Counted from the first letter of the stretch, positions 47,264 to 56,358 are shown. The stretch: 64,000 nucleotides of DNA from Candidatus Nomurabacteria bacterium (GCA_020632035.1 JACKGG010000003.1:36534-100533); one strand, 5' to 3'. Notes: generated from the sequence alone by a model not told the origin. Numbers and translations are program-made.

Positions 47264-48451
47264 TTATACAGGTTGATGCTTTTTTATTATGTAAAAGTAT
47301 ATCGGTAAGGAAGTGATTAAAAGGAATACTGCTAGGCCAAGATAGGCTAGCTGATAGGAAGTAAGATCAATGTAGTAACCCATAACTGCTGCCATCAGTG
47401 CGAAAGAAATATTATTTATTTGTGATTGAGTGGAGAGTAAAGTGGCTTTAAATTTACTATCTTTTATGACGTCAACCATGAAGCCAAGATTTATTTGTCC
47501 CAATCCCCACTGGAAAGCATTGATTACAATGTAAACTAATGCAACCAAAATCGGACTTTTTGTTGCACCGAGCATTAAAAAAAGTGTAAAGTATAAAAAA
47601 ATTTCAAATGCAAAGAATGAAACTGTGGTATTAAAATATTTTTTAATACCATCACTCCAAAACAGAAGTAAAGAAGCAAATGCTCTACCAATACCAAACA
47701 AAACTCCAAACCAAATGACTGGAATCCCTAAAATAAGTTGATAGGGAGCTCGATAATAACTGGCACAAAGCACGATTGCCGAGATCAGGGCCACAAATAA
47801 AGCATACTTAAAAAAGCCCAACCTGTATCCTTCCTTGATCACGGCTTTAAAATTAGTTATTCCAATTTCATCAATGTGTTCCTGGGTCACTTTAGGTTTA
47901 ATTAATGACAAGGTAACAATCAGGCCGATAATGTCTAAAATTAAACTTATTACAAAAGGGGCCTTGAAACTGAACTCGATTAAGAAGGGGATTAAGACTG
48001 TAAGGACAATGGGGACAGCAAAACCAATTGAACTCGCTTTGCCTGAGATTTTTGTAAATTCATTTTCCTTTCCTAAAGCGCGAAGTGTTTCATGAAGGAA
48101 AGCGGTTCCTGTTCCACTGAGGAAAGCAAGGCCTATGCTGAAAAAAACCGCACCTAGTATTAAAAAAGGGATACTATTAGCAAATAAGAAAAACAACGTT
48201 GATAAAACCAAGGACATTTTTGCAACAACCAGAGCTTCTTTATGTCCTAGTTTGTCTGAAAGATAACCACTCGGTATTTCAAGTGCAAATCCTGCTATAT
48301 TACCCACCATCAATATTAAACCGAGTATTTTGGCAGTGACATCTGGGATTGTTAAATAATAAGCACTCAAAATAGCTGCATGAATACGTTTGTTTGTAAT
48401 CAGGAGGACGGTATATTTCCAAATATTGCTTTCCAGATTGGCGGGTTGCAT
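47264..48451 (-). CDS. MFS transporter
   Basis: 395 aa, about 12 TM helices. 'GYLSDKLGHK'-type MFS loop. Confidence 0.8.
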   Translation of the reverse strand: MQPANLESNIWKYTVLLITNKRIHAAILSAYYLTIPDVTAKILGLILMVGNIAGFALEIPSGYLSDKLGHKEALVVAKMSLVLSTLFFLFANSIPFLILGAVFFSIGLAFLSGTGTAFLHETLRALGKENEFTKISGKASSIGFAVPIVLTVLIPFLIEFSFKAPFVISLILDIIGLIVTLSLIKPKVTQEHIDEIGITNFKAVIKEGYRLGFFKYALFVALISAIVLCASYYRAPYQLILGIPVIWFGVLFGIGRAFASLLLFWSDGIKKYFNTTVSFFAFEIFLYFTLFLMLGATKSPILVALVYIVINAFQWGLGQINLGFMVDVIKDSKFKATLLSTQSQINNISFALMAAVMGYYIDLTSYQLAYLGLAVFLLITSLPIYFYIIKKHQPV

Positions 48452-48551
48452 GGGTTAGTTATAGCACGAAGATTTATATAAAAAAAAGCCCAGCGATGTT
48501 GCTGCTGGGTCTTTTGCGCGGTGGGTGTCCGGCACTGAAGGGCTTGGGAGG

Positions 48552-48743
48552 TTATCGTACCGCCAGGCCACCTCTCATTTTCCCCATGCGTAGGTAGCGA
48601 TCATGGGCGCCTTCGTTAGGTGGTGCCTTACCGGCGCCACTGGGATATTGAGGAGTCCCCGACACGCTACCGGGTTTTCTGCACGCCATAGCCAGATCAT
48701 GCCGACGGGTGTGCCAGTTTTCTTGCCCATTTATGTTGCTCAT
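48552..48743 (-). CDS. GC-rich small basic protein (63 aa), function unknown
   Basis: Start ATG 48743 with an 'aagga' RBS. The listed ORF extends to 48806. Terminator 48481-48515 follows. Local GC is much higher than the surroundings. Confidence 0.4.
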   Translation of the reverse strand: MSNINGQENWHTRRHDLAMACRKPGSVSGTPQYPSGAGKAPPNEGAHDRYLRMGKMRGGLAVR

Positions 48744-48794
48744 AATTTTTCCTTTTTGTTGATTGGATTGTTTTATGAACTGTAACCACCCCGT

Positions 48795-48845
48795 GATCAC
48801 AGCCAAGACCCAATAAAAAATTAAAGAGTCTTGGCTGTGATCAAG
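48795..48845. promoter_or_regulatory. 16-bp perfect inverted repeat (gatcacagccaagac ... gtcttggctgtgatc) in the divergent promoter region between two GC-rich small ORFs
   Basis: Seen in sequence. Confidence 0.45.
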
Positions 48846-48966
48846 GAGAAGAAAATCTGTTTTTATTATAGCTTATAATCCTGATTTGTAAAGGCCCATT
48901 TAAACACCTTGTGGATTGCAGAAAATTATTGTAGTCTAAATATGCCATCAACAGAGGAGAATTGGC

Positions 48967-49116
48967 ATGGATAAACAGTTCCAGGTAAGAGTAGAGTACA
49001 GCGTCGCCGATAGCCGAGTCAAAGTCTGGCGTCGAGACGGTGGTGGTCCTTTTGAGCCGGTCGCCGACCGGGACCGGTTCCGCGAAGATTGCGGGCCCTA
49101 CGTCCCACGACCCTGA
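48967..49116 (+). CDS. GC-rich small ORF (49 aa; MDKQFQVRVEYSVADSRVKVWRRDGGGPFEPVADRDRFREDCGPYVPRP)
   Basis: RBS 'gaggag' 7 nt upstream. Terminator 49171-49204 downstream. Not in the ORF track because it is under 60 aa. Confidence 0.35.
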   Translation: MDKQFQVRVEYSVADSRVKVWRRDGGGPFEPVADRDRFREDCGPYVPRP

Positions 49117-49201
49117 GACGACGCCGAGCCCAGTGCTCTACATTTCAGCCTAGTTAAATTGGGCTGAACAAGCCCCGCAGAATGTTTGCGGGGCTTTGTT
49201 T

Positions 49202-49777
49202 TTAAATAAACGGATTTTCCATTTCAAAAGTGATCAAAGGAGTCTGATCATTGATTACCTCAGTTGGCACACCATATTTCCCTGAATACAAGACATCGAC
49301 TGCCGCAAAGATAGCTTTGCTCCAATCCATCCCCAATTTCACTGATACGGCTTTGACCGCTTCTTCTGAAGTTCCTTCCACCTCGATGAATGGCTCTAGG
49401 AAAGGCCAGGTGTCGATGGTCACTTCAACTTCATCTAGTAGCCACAGTTCTCGGAGGGTTTCCTGGTAGGCTTTTCGCTTACAGCCGATGGTTTGCAGGA
49501 ATGTCTCTGCTTCTTCATAACTATCTACTGTTAAGCAAGATTCTTTCTGATTTTGTATTTCTTTACCATCTATTGTTTTTACACTCATAGTAATTTTGTC
49601 ACCCTCGTCTCTTACTCTCATCCAGCCACCAGCAATATGGTTGCCTTCAGGTAAGTGATACACCGAACGACGTTGCATAAACTCTGCTTTTTCTAGTTTT
49701 GCCCCAGCTTCTTTTAGTTTGTTTCTAATAGCGTCTTTATCAATGTTGGCGAAAGTAGCCTCATATTCTATTTGCAT
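49202..49777 (-). CDS. CYTH-domain protein (CyaB/thiamine-triphosphatase-like)
   Basis: Starts 'MQIEYEATF' (EIE/EYE..K CYTH N-motif). The listed ORF extends to 49831. Confidence 0.55.
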   Translation of the reverse strand: MQIEYEATFANIDKDAIRNKLKEAGAKLEKAEFMQRRSVYHLPEGNHIAGGWMRVRDEGDKITMSVKTIDGKEIQNQKESCLTVDSYEEAETFLQTIGCKRKAYQETLRELWLLDEVEVTIDTWPFLEPFIEVEGTSEEAVKAVSVKLGMDWSKAIFAAVDVLYSGKYGVPTEVINDQTPLITFEMENPFI

Positions 49778-49829
49778 TTTGGTAGTATAGCAAAAGTCTA
49801 TAGTTGAAGCATTTGATACAATAAAAAAC

Positions 49830-50087
49830 ATGTTTACGCCGATTATAGATTGGTTTATAAGTGATTGGACTGGCGTATCGGTGCAACTATTTTTTGCTTA
49901 CACCATAATCTTAATGATTCTTGATAAACAAAAACCGCCAGTTCAAGCCAGTGTTCTTACTGGACTGGCCTTGATAGTTTTGGGTGTTGGTGGTTCATTT
50001 CTCTCTTCTGCTACTGCATTTGTAAGTGTCGCAAATGGCCTCTTGTGGCTAATGGTTGGTTATCAGAGATGGAATCAAGGGAAGTAA
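49830..50087 (+). CDS. small membrane protein
   Basis: 85 aa, three hydrophobic helices. Confidence 0.45.
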   Translation: MFTPIIDWFISDWTGVSVQLFFAYTIILMILDKQKPPVQASVLTGLALIVLGVGGSFLSSATAFVSVANGLLWLMVGYQRWNQGK

Positions 50088-50159
50088 CGTTTATCTTGAC
50101 ATCTATTCGCACTGCCGTATTCTTTTCTTGGAAAAGAAAATTATTTGGGAGTATTATTT

Positions 50160-50447
50160 GTGTCAAAAAAACGCGATAGACAAGTTACCTGCAAATGTTC
50201 TGCTTACAAATTTCCTCATCGGATAGGTGGTGGAAGATGTGACGGAAGTGACTGGGCATACAGCTACATGACTTTGGTTGGTACAGATTGTATAAGTTGT
50301 AACTGTTTGAGGGCTCCGGGAGAATGTGATGTTGTTAATGGAACAGAATCAATCAAATATTGTGATGGTGCTGAAAGTCACTTGCATAGACAAGAAAAAT
50401 ATCGCTTGCCTATGTCAGAAGAAGAGTTTTTTATACTAAAAAACTAA
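50160..50447 (+). CDS. cysteine-rich small protein (8 Cys)
   Basis: GTG start with a 'gggag' RBS. The listed ORF starts at TTG 50145. 'CKCSAY...CDGSDW...CISCNC...CDVVNG...YCDG'. Confidence 0.45.
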   Translation: MSKKRDRQVTCKCSAYKFPHRIGGGRCDGSDWAYSYMTLVGTDCISCNCLRAPGECDVVNGTESIKYCDGAESHLHRQEKYRLPMSEEEFFILKN

Positions 50448-50512
50448 CTCTAAACCCTCCGTAACGGAGGGTTTAGCTATTTCTGGGTATTCAGTATGAT
50501 GTTTTGACCGAA

Positions 50513-50932
50513 TTATCCTAAATGCATTTCAGGATTAAACATCTCTGCTAATTTTTGAATAGTAGGGAAGACTTCCATGCTTTGGACGTCTTCTTTATTT
50601 ACGAATCTGATATTCACACATTCATCTGATGGCGTGAAGTTTAAATGTTCAACTTTGGTCTCGTACAAGACATTGACTGCCCAATCCCCTTTACTCATTT
50701 GTCCAGTTAGGAAATAAGCTGGATGCTCAGCAACTTCCAGTACTTTCAAACCCATCTCTTCTGATATTTCTCTAGGTATACCTTGTTGCGGAATTTCACC
50801 CCAGTCAAGACCTCCGCCAGGGAGCTCCCATTTGCCACTGTCTTCTTCACAGATTAAAAATTTATCCTTAGCTTCGTTAAGTATTAAAGCTTTTACACTG
50901 ACACGATAAAAACATTCTGGTATTTCGTTCAT
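50513..50932 (-). CDS. NUDIX hydrolase
   Basis: Nudix box 'GGGLDWGEIPQQGIPREISEEMGL'. Confidence 0.85.
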   Translation of the reverse strand: MNEIPECFYRVSVKALILNEAKDKFLICEEDSGKWELPGGGLDWGEIPQQGIPREISEEMGLKVLEVAEHPAYFLTGQMSKGDWAVNVLYETKVEHLNFTPSDECVNIRFVNKEDVQSMEVFPTIQKLAEMFNPEMHLG

Positions 50933-51251
50933 ACTATAAAATTACGTTTTTAAAGGTGCCAAGACGCGTTGTCTCCGGCTCTGTATAAAATAAAAATACT
51001 TGAAAAGGTGTTTTGTTGCAAGTTTGTTCGGAATCGGTCACCTTCACATCAATATTTTCTTCAGCTAAAGCTTCAAAAATATTGTGTTACGCGACCCCGT
51101 CGCTTCTGTGCGGACGAAAGGGTTTTCGTCCGGCTTCGCCAGAAGCTCTTTTCGATTCTTCTCACCCGCTACCAACAGCAACGGCCGGTAACACTTTCGT
51201 GTTGCCGGCCGGCTGATTGGTGCGGACTATTCAACGATGTTCGAACTTTTC

Positions 51252-51686
51252 TTAATACCCAAACTCCGAATAGCTAATTCCATCTCTATAGTTTTCAATG
51301 GCAATTTTTACGTAATTGACAATATTGTCAGGAAGTTCATTTAGTTCAAACCAACTCAAATCATCGCATTTATTGGGTTCAACATTTTCAATTTCACCAG
51401 AATAAGATTTGGTTGTCATGAAAAAATCAATTCGTTCGTCTTCTTCAGCTTTTCTATGCATTATGTGCACCATCTCTAAATCCTCTGGCTTTATATCGAT
51501 ACCAATTTCTTCTTTTATTTCTCTAGCACAACCCTCTCGAGCCGTCTCTTTTCCGTCTAGGTGGCCGGCTGGTACACCGTAAAAACCGTCCATGAATCCC
51601 GTTTGGAAACGACGTTGCAAGAGGATTTTATTATCTTTAATTAGGAATAAATATGATGAGCCAATGTAAGTAAATCTTTTTGTCAT
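51252..51686 (-). CDS. NUDIX hydrolase
   Basis: Nudix box 'GHLDGKETAREGCAREIKEEIGI'. Confidence 0.85.
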   Translation of the reverse strand: MTKRFTYIGSSYLFLIKDNKILLQRRFQTGFMDGFYGVPAGHLDGKETAREGCAREIKEEIGIDIKPEDLEMVHIMHRKAEEDERIDFFMTTKSYSGEIENVEPNKCDDLSWFELNELPDNIVNYVKIAIENYRDGISYSEFGY

Positions 51687-51774
51687 GGTGGAATTATACC
51701 AAAGTTCGAGAATGGCAATTATTTCAATTACCCTACCAACAATAAAACCCCTAGATAGGGGCTTATTGCATGTG

Positions 51775-51845
51775 TGCGGGTGAGAAGAATCGAACTCCCG
51801 ACTACTGCTTGGAAGGCAGTCGTTTTACCACTAAACTACACCCGC
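51775..51845 (-). tRNA. tRNA-Gly (anticodon TCC)
   Basis: Hand-folded. Acceptor GCGGGTG/CACCCGC. D-stem GTTT/AAAC. Anticodon stem ACTGC/GCAGT, loop CTTCCAA. T-arm GGGAG-TTCGATT-CTTCT (two G-U pairs). Terminator hairpin cccctagatagggg follows on the minus strand. Confidence 0.8.
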
Positions 51846-52267
51846 GATTTGAGCATGTGAGGCGACGACGTGCAGTAAGTTGAAAAGAAGGAAAGGAGAG
51901 CAAGGGAGCTTGCTCACTAGCTCTCCTTTCCTTCTTTTCGATGCACGCTTTGCGTGCATCTGCACGGAGTCATCTCAGGCGAATGAGAGGTTGTATCCGC
52001 AGATACACCCATCATCCGCTCAACTCCAGAAATCTGAAGTCACAACATCCTATCATAAACAAACGATATTTCAATCAGATAAACGAAAGTCCCCAGGCTA
52101 GGGGACTTCCGAGTGTGGTGGGAGATATAAGAATCTCTTCTTATATTCCGCGTAACGATTATTACCTCCGTTACCTGAATATTATATCATATCAATTTTA
52201 AGTCGGAATAAAGAAAGAGCAGGAACGACTGGTGTCGTTCCTGCTCTTTCAAAGAGTGTATCGGCAA

Positions 52268-52540
52268 TTATTTTACTGCATCCTTCAGAGCCTTAGCTGC
52301 TCGGAACTTTGGTACTCGCATTGCTGGTACTTGTACAGTTTCACCAGTTCGTGGGTTACGTGCTTCTCGAGCTGCTCGCATTTTAGCTTCGAAGATTCCG
52401 AAACCTGCTACTGATACTTGTGTACCATCTTTCATTGCTGATTCGATGCTACCAAATACTGCGTCAACTGCTCGTTCTGCGTCAGCTTTTGTAGTGTCTA
52501 GTACTTCATGCACTTTGCTGATGATGTCTGCTTTATTCAT
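52268..52540 (-). CDS. hup: DNA-binding protein HU
   Basis: 'GFGIFEAKMRAAREARNPRTGETVQVPA' HU arm. 90 aa. Confidence 0.9.
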   Translation of the reverse strand: MNKADIISKVHEVLDTTKADAERAVDAVFGSIESAMKDGTQVSVAGFGIFEAKMRAAREARNPRTGETVQVPAMRVPKFRAAKALKDAVK

Positions 52541-52751
52541 AGATCTGAGATTAATATTCTAAGAGCGATTAAAAAATTGTGGTGAGCGATAACTCAAGCA
52601 CGATGCCGTTATGGCTTACAAAACATTATATAGCAACGTATATGTACTGCAACGACTACACAAGAGCTTTTTGTATGGTGTAATGTTTTTTGGTCAAATT
52701 TTAAAAGGCGAGGGTCACACAGTGGCCCTCGCCTTTTTTGTGGTTTTTTAT

Positions 52752-54281
52752 CTATCTAGCGTAACTAATTACTCTCGTTTCACGAATTACATGTACCTTA
52801 ATTTCCCCTGGGTATCGAAGCTGAGCCTCAATATTTGTAGCAATAATTCTAGCAAGATTATTAGATTCTAAGTCGTTGAGTGCAGCAGGATTTACAATCA
52901 CTCGTATTTCTCTTCCGGCCGCGATAGCAAAGGCTTTTTCAACACCTGAAATCTTTGTGGCGATATTTTCAAGGTCTGACAGACGTTTAATATAATTCTC
53001 CATCGAATCACGCCGTGCTCCTGGACGACCTCCTGAAATGGAGTCGGCCACTTGCACGATTATGGACTCGGGTGTTTCGTATGGATATTCTTCATGGTGA
53101 GCACGCATGGCCAAAATAACGTCTTGGCTTACACCATATTTTTCAAGAATCCTAATTCCGATTTCAACGTGAGTACCGGCCACTTCATGGCTTACTGTCT
53201 TACCAATATCGTGTAGTAGGGCACCAGCTCTAGCTACTGAAACATTAGCTCCCACTTCTTCTGCAATGATTCCGGCTATGTTTGCCATTTCAACTGAGTG
53301 CCACAAAACGTTTTGGCCATAGCTTGTTCGGAAGTGTAGGCGACCGAGAATAGTTAGAAGGTCAGGGTGCAAGTTAGGTACGTTTGCGTCATAAGCGGCC
53401 TTCTCTCCCATCTTACGAACAATCTTTGCAACTTCTCCTCGTGCTTTTTCAACTTCTTCTTCAATCTTTGCTGGTTGGATTCTCCCGTCTTTCAATAGTG
53501 ATTCTAATGCCACACGTGCAATTTCTCGTCGAATAGGATCGAATGAAGATAGTACGATGTATCCAGGGGATTCATCTATAAGTACATCAACACCAGTGGC
53601 ACGTTCGAAAGCTCTTACGTTTCTTCCTTCCTTACCAATCACTTTTCCTTTCAGGTCATCACTTGGTATTTCAACATGAGCAGTCATAAGACTCGGTGCA
53701 AGGGTATTGCCGACACGATGAATAGCAGCCAGAAGTAGATTCTGAGCTTTCTCTTCATATTGTTCTTCCCCCGCTCTCTCTATTTTTTGTAACCTAGAGT
53801 AGATGTCTTCTGATCTTTCTGATTCTACTTTGGCAATGATTTTTTCAAAAGCCTCTTCCTTAGACAGACCCGCTACTTCAGCTAGTTTTTGGTCAGCCTC
53901 TTCCTTCCTGCTATCCAACTGAGCTTTTATAGACTTAATTTGTTCTACTTTTCCTCGTAAGTCCTCTTTTTGTGACTCGATATCGATTTGTCTTTCGTCT
54001 AGAATTTCTTCTTTTTTTCCAAGCCTCTCTTCCTTTTGTTCCAGTTTTTCCTCTAAGTGTTTTTGTGCAGCTTTTGCCTCTTTCTCGATACGTTCAGCTT
54101 TCGCTTCTGCCTCTTCAATAATAGTTAACGCTTTCTTTTCTGCTTTTATTTCACGCTCCTTCAGTAACAACTCAATTGAGTTTTTCTTTGATTGCGCGTG
54201 TAGATAGCGTACAAAATATCCTGCTCCAATACCGAGAAATAGAGCCAAGCCTAACGCAACCGTAAATGCTAATGGTGGCAT
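52752..54281 (-). CDS. rny: ribonuclease Y
   Basis: N-terminal TM, coiled coil, KH, HD domain 'LLHDIGK'. 509 aa. Confidence 0.9.
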   Translation of the reverse strand: MPPLAFTVALGLALFLGIGAGYFVRYLHAQSKKNSIELLLKEREIKAEKKALTIIEEAEAKAERIEKEAKAAQKHLEEKLEQKEERLGKKEEILDERQIDIESQKEDLRGKVEQIKSIKAQLDSRKEEADQKLAEVAGLSKEEAFEKIIAKVESERSEDIYSRLQKIERAGEEQYEEKAQNLLLAAIHRVGNTLAPSLMTAHVEIPSDDLKGKVIGKEGRNVRAFERATGVDVLIDESPGYIVLSSFDPIRREIARVALESLLKDGRIQPAKIEEEVEKARGEVAKIVRKMGEKAAYDANVPNLHPDLLTILGRLHFRTSYGQNVLWHSVEMANIAGIIAEEVGANVSVARAGALLHDIGKTVSHEVAGTHVEIGIRILEKYGVSQDVILAMRAHHEEYPYETPESIIVQVADSISGGRPGARRDSMENYIKRLSDLENIATKISGVEKAFAIAAGREIRVIVNPAALNDLESNNLARIIATNIEAQLRYPGEIKVHVIRETRVISYAR

Positions 54282-54483
54282 GACAATACTTCTTTATTAA
54301 ATAATCCTCCGTAACTGTGTATCAGCACTGTACTAGAGAAATGGTGGTTTGTAAACGAGTGATAGAAATCACAAAACCCCTACTTTGATAAGACACGAAT
54401 CAAGTTCTCTGCTCAACAGTTTAGGAGACTGTTTCCGCAAGGCCTTATCAAAGTTGGGATTTTGCTTATTAAAGTTATTTTAT

Positions 54484-54630
54484 TTATAAATCTTATCTAC
54501 AATGCCATATTTCTTTGACTCTTCAGCATCCATAAAGAAGTCTCGGTCTACGTCTTGGTTGATTTTTTCAATTTTTTGTCCAGCTGCAGCAGCCAGCATT
54601 TTGTTTAGTCTCTCGCGAGTCTTGAATTTG
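54484..54630 (-). pseudogene. clpP 3'-terminal fragment (encodes ...[49 protein letters not shown]), direct repeat of the intact clpP 3' end at 57519-57665
   Basis: 44 of 48 residues identical to the ClpP C-terminus. 50-bp core identical at DNA level, flanks about 80%. No upstream coding continuation. Confidence 0.65.
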
Positions 54631-54779
54631 CTTTTTTGCGAACATATGGTATTATTTATGTATGGTTCTTTTCATCGTTTCGCCACAGCTTACTTTGTGG
54701 AAACAGCTTATTTAAAGCAAGCTGTGGCGAAATCCAATTCTGGGCTAGTTGTACAGCTAAAATGAAAGGGAGACTTATC

Positions 54780-55466
54780 ATGACTACCGTCACCGATAAG
54801 AAAAGTATTTCTGATGAGAACTATGCAAGAGTTATGCGAGTGTTACATGACGCCGAGACTCGTTTGTTGAAAGGCTCGCTTGATCCCGATGCTGTCGTTT
54901 TGGTGTTGTCGCATCTAAATGGAAAGGGAAGTAGAGCCGAAAATCTCATCGAGTATGCGAAGGAGAATTGCCCCAAGATCGACTGGAAGGACAAAGCCAA
55001 GCCGAAAGCGCGTCGAAGCCGAAAATCGACCACGCTCTTCAATGAGGCAGAGTTTTTCCAGACGAACGATGATTTATGGGTTGATACCGACCTCGAGAAG
55101 TATGTCGGATTCGAAACCCGCCCGTCTCGACATGCTTCAGCCTTGAAGTGTCGTCCGTTGACACAGAACGAAAACGAAGCACAGCTGTTTGGTCTTCCAG
55201 GGTCTCCAGAGCACATCAAGACTATCACTGAGAGAGCAGTTGACCTTGGTCAGATTGCTGGCAAGATAAAGGCACAAGCAAAAGGTACAGAAGGTGAACT
55301 TTTGAACAACGGTTATGCTAATCTTTTCCCAGTTTGTGGGAAAGATGGTTCGCTCCGTGTGGTGGACGTCCACTGGGCTGCCGTGGACGGTCGGTGGTTC
55401 GTGTACTGCAATCCGTTCACTCCCGACTTCGTCTGGTCTGCTGGCCGCCGGATGCTCAGCAACTAG
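54780..55466 (+). CDS. DGR target (variable) protein with C-terminal C-type-lectin/FGE-like variable region
   Basis: ATG 54780 with a 'gggaga' RBS. The listed ORF extends upstream to 54636. The C-terminal 40 codons form the VR ('GSLRVVDVHWAAVDGRWFVYCNPFTPDFVWSAGRRMLSN'). Confidence 0.8.
   Translation: MTTVTDKKSISDENYARVMRVLHDAETRLLKGSLDPDAVVLVLSHLNGKGSRAENLIEYAKENCPKIDWKDKAKPKARRSRKSTTLFNEAEFFQTNDDLWVDTDLEKYVGFETRPSRHASALKCRPLTQNENEAQLFGLPGSPEHIKTITERAVDLGQIAGKIKAQAKGTEGELLNNGYANLFPVCGKDGSLRVVDVHWAAVDGRWFVYCNPFTPDFVWSAGRRMLSN
55346..55464 (+). repeat. DGR variable repeat (VR)
   Basis: 119 bp aligning gaplessly with TR. 18 mismatches, all opposite TR adenines. Confidence 0.85.
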
Positions 55467-55490
55467 TCTTTAGGACGTTTGTCCTAAAGA
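55467..55490 (+). promoter_or_regulatory. hairpin immediately 3' of VR (10-bp stem, 4-nt loop GTTT)
   Basis: tctttaggac-gttt-gtcctaaaga, starting 1 nt after the stop codon. Analogous in position to the VR-flanking hairpin known to stimulate DGR homing. Confidence 0.5.
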
Positions 55491-55804
55491 GATCCTTTGC
55501 TCTCTACCCTTAGTACTTTGTCCTTGCTTACGGACGAGTGCTTGGGGTAGAGGGTTTTTCTATATATACTGGGTAAGCGTTTGTACAGAGAGCACGATTA
55601 AGGTTGTGCTCCCAAGCGTAAGCGACTGCGCTGACGAGAGTGGCCTCGATTACGGTTTAGGCCAGAGTGTTACGTATCGTTTTCACAATAAGATTAGTTG
55701 GTGAGATAGACTCTGCAATATATGATTGCGCATAAAATACAGTCTTGAGAGTACGTAAAAGTTTCAAAGGACAGTGGTCTGGACGGTCTATCTTTCTATT
55801 CGTC

Positions 55805-55923
55805 TGGTTCGCTCCGTGTGGTGAACGTCAACTGGAATGCCGAAAACGGTCAGTGGAACGTGTACTGCAATCCGTTCAATCCCGACAACGTCTGGAATGC
55901 TGGCAACCAGATGCTCAGCAACT
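55805..55923 (+). repeat. DGR template repeat (TR)
   Basis: 30 adenines, 18 of which correspond to non-A bases in VR. Rich in AAC/AAT triplets. Confidence 0.85.
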
Positions 55924-55932
55924 CATTTATTG

Positions 55933-56358
55933 TCATTGCTCTCCTGCTTTTGTGGGAGAGTTTTGTTTTTCTACTTGTCCTAGCCATCCGCCTAGCATTT
56001 TACCGATTTCATATAGCGGAACGGATAGGCGTTCGTATTTGCCTGTATCTAGTGAACGAGTATCCCAGAGAATGTTAAGCAATAGCTTGATCGTATCAAG
56101 CTTGCGAATGGCAGTTCGCAGGTAGATGACTTTGTCGTTTTTCCTTACAAAGCTGGCACTTGCCACCATTTCCAAAAGTTCAATTAAGAGTTCATCAATT
56201 CTTCTAGCTAGTGTATATCTATGTGGCTTAGGAATTAGGTGATAGATGCTGTGCCAAAAGATGTATACAGAACGTGCCTTTTGCAACACTGGGACTAAAC
56301 TTGCTATGAATGTCTCGGGGGGGGGTAGACTTGTTGTTATGCATAGAAAAAATGACAA
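55933..56358 (-). CDS. avd: Avd-like accessory variability determinant (four-helix-bundle / 'S23 IVS' family)
   Basis: 'IFWHSIYHL...KPHRYTLARRIDELLIELLEMVASA...LYEIGKMLGGWL' matches the four-helix-bundle protein pattern. The listed start is TTG 56358, so the start is uncertain. Opposite strand to the RT. Confidence 0.6.
   Translation of the reverse strand: MSFFLCITTSLPPPETFIASLVPVLQKARSVYIFWHSIYHLIPKPHRYTLARRIDELLIELLEMVASASFVRKNDKVIYLRTAIRKLDTIKLLLNILWDTRSLDTGKYERLSVPLYEIGKMLGGWLGQVEKQNSPTKAGEQ

Noticed and set aside
48552-48806. Assigning the GC-rich 63/84-aa ORF to a KGG-type general stress protein family
   Set aside because: Only a single loose 'GKMRGG' match. Insufficient to name a family.
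51880-52201. 73-aa and 86-aa plus-strand ORFs between tRNA-Gly(TCC) and hup
   Set aside because: They span hairpins and palindromes of the tRNA upstream region. No RBS and low complexity.
54502-54765. 87-aa plus-strand ORF
   Set aside because: Antisense to the clpP C-terminal fragment. The real signal is the minus-strand clpP remnant.
55745-56125. 126-aa and 86-aa plus-strand ORFs over the TR
   Set aside because: The open frame is inherited because TR is a copy of coding VR sequence. TR is a non-coding template.
56246-56338. 93-bp 5' extension of the RT ORF (MLCQKMYTERAF...)
   Set aside because: Overlaps the avd gene on the other strand and has no RT homology. RT conserved N-terminal motifs begin just after ATG 56339.
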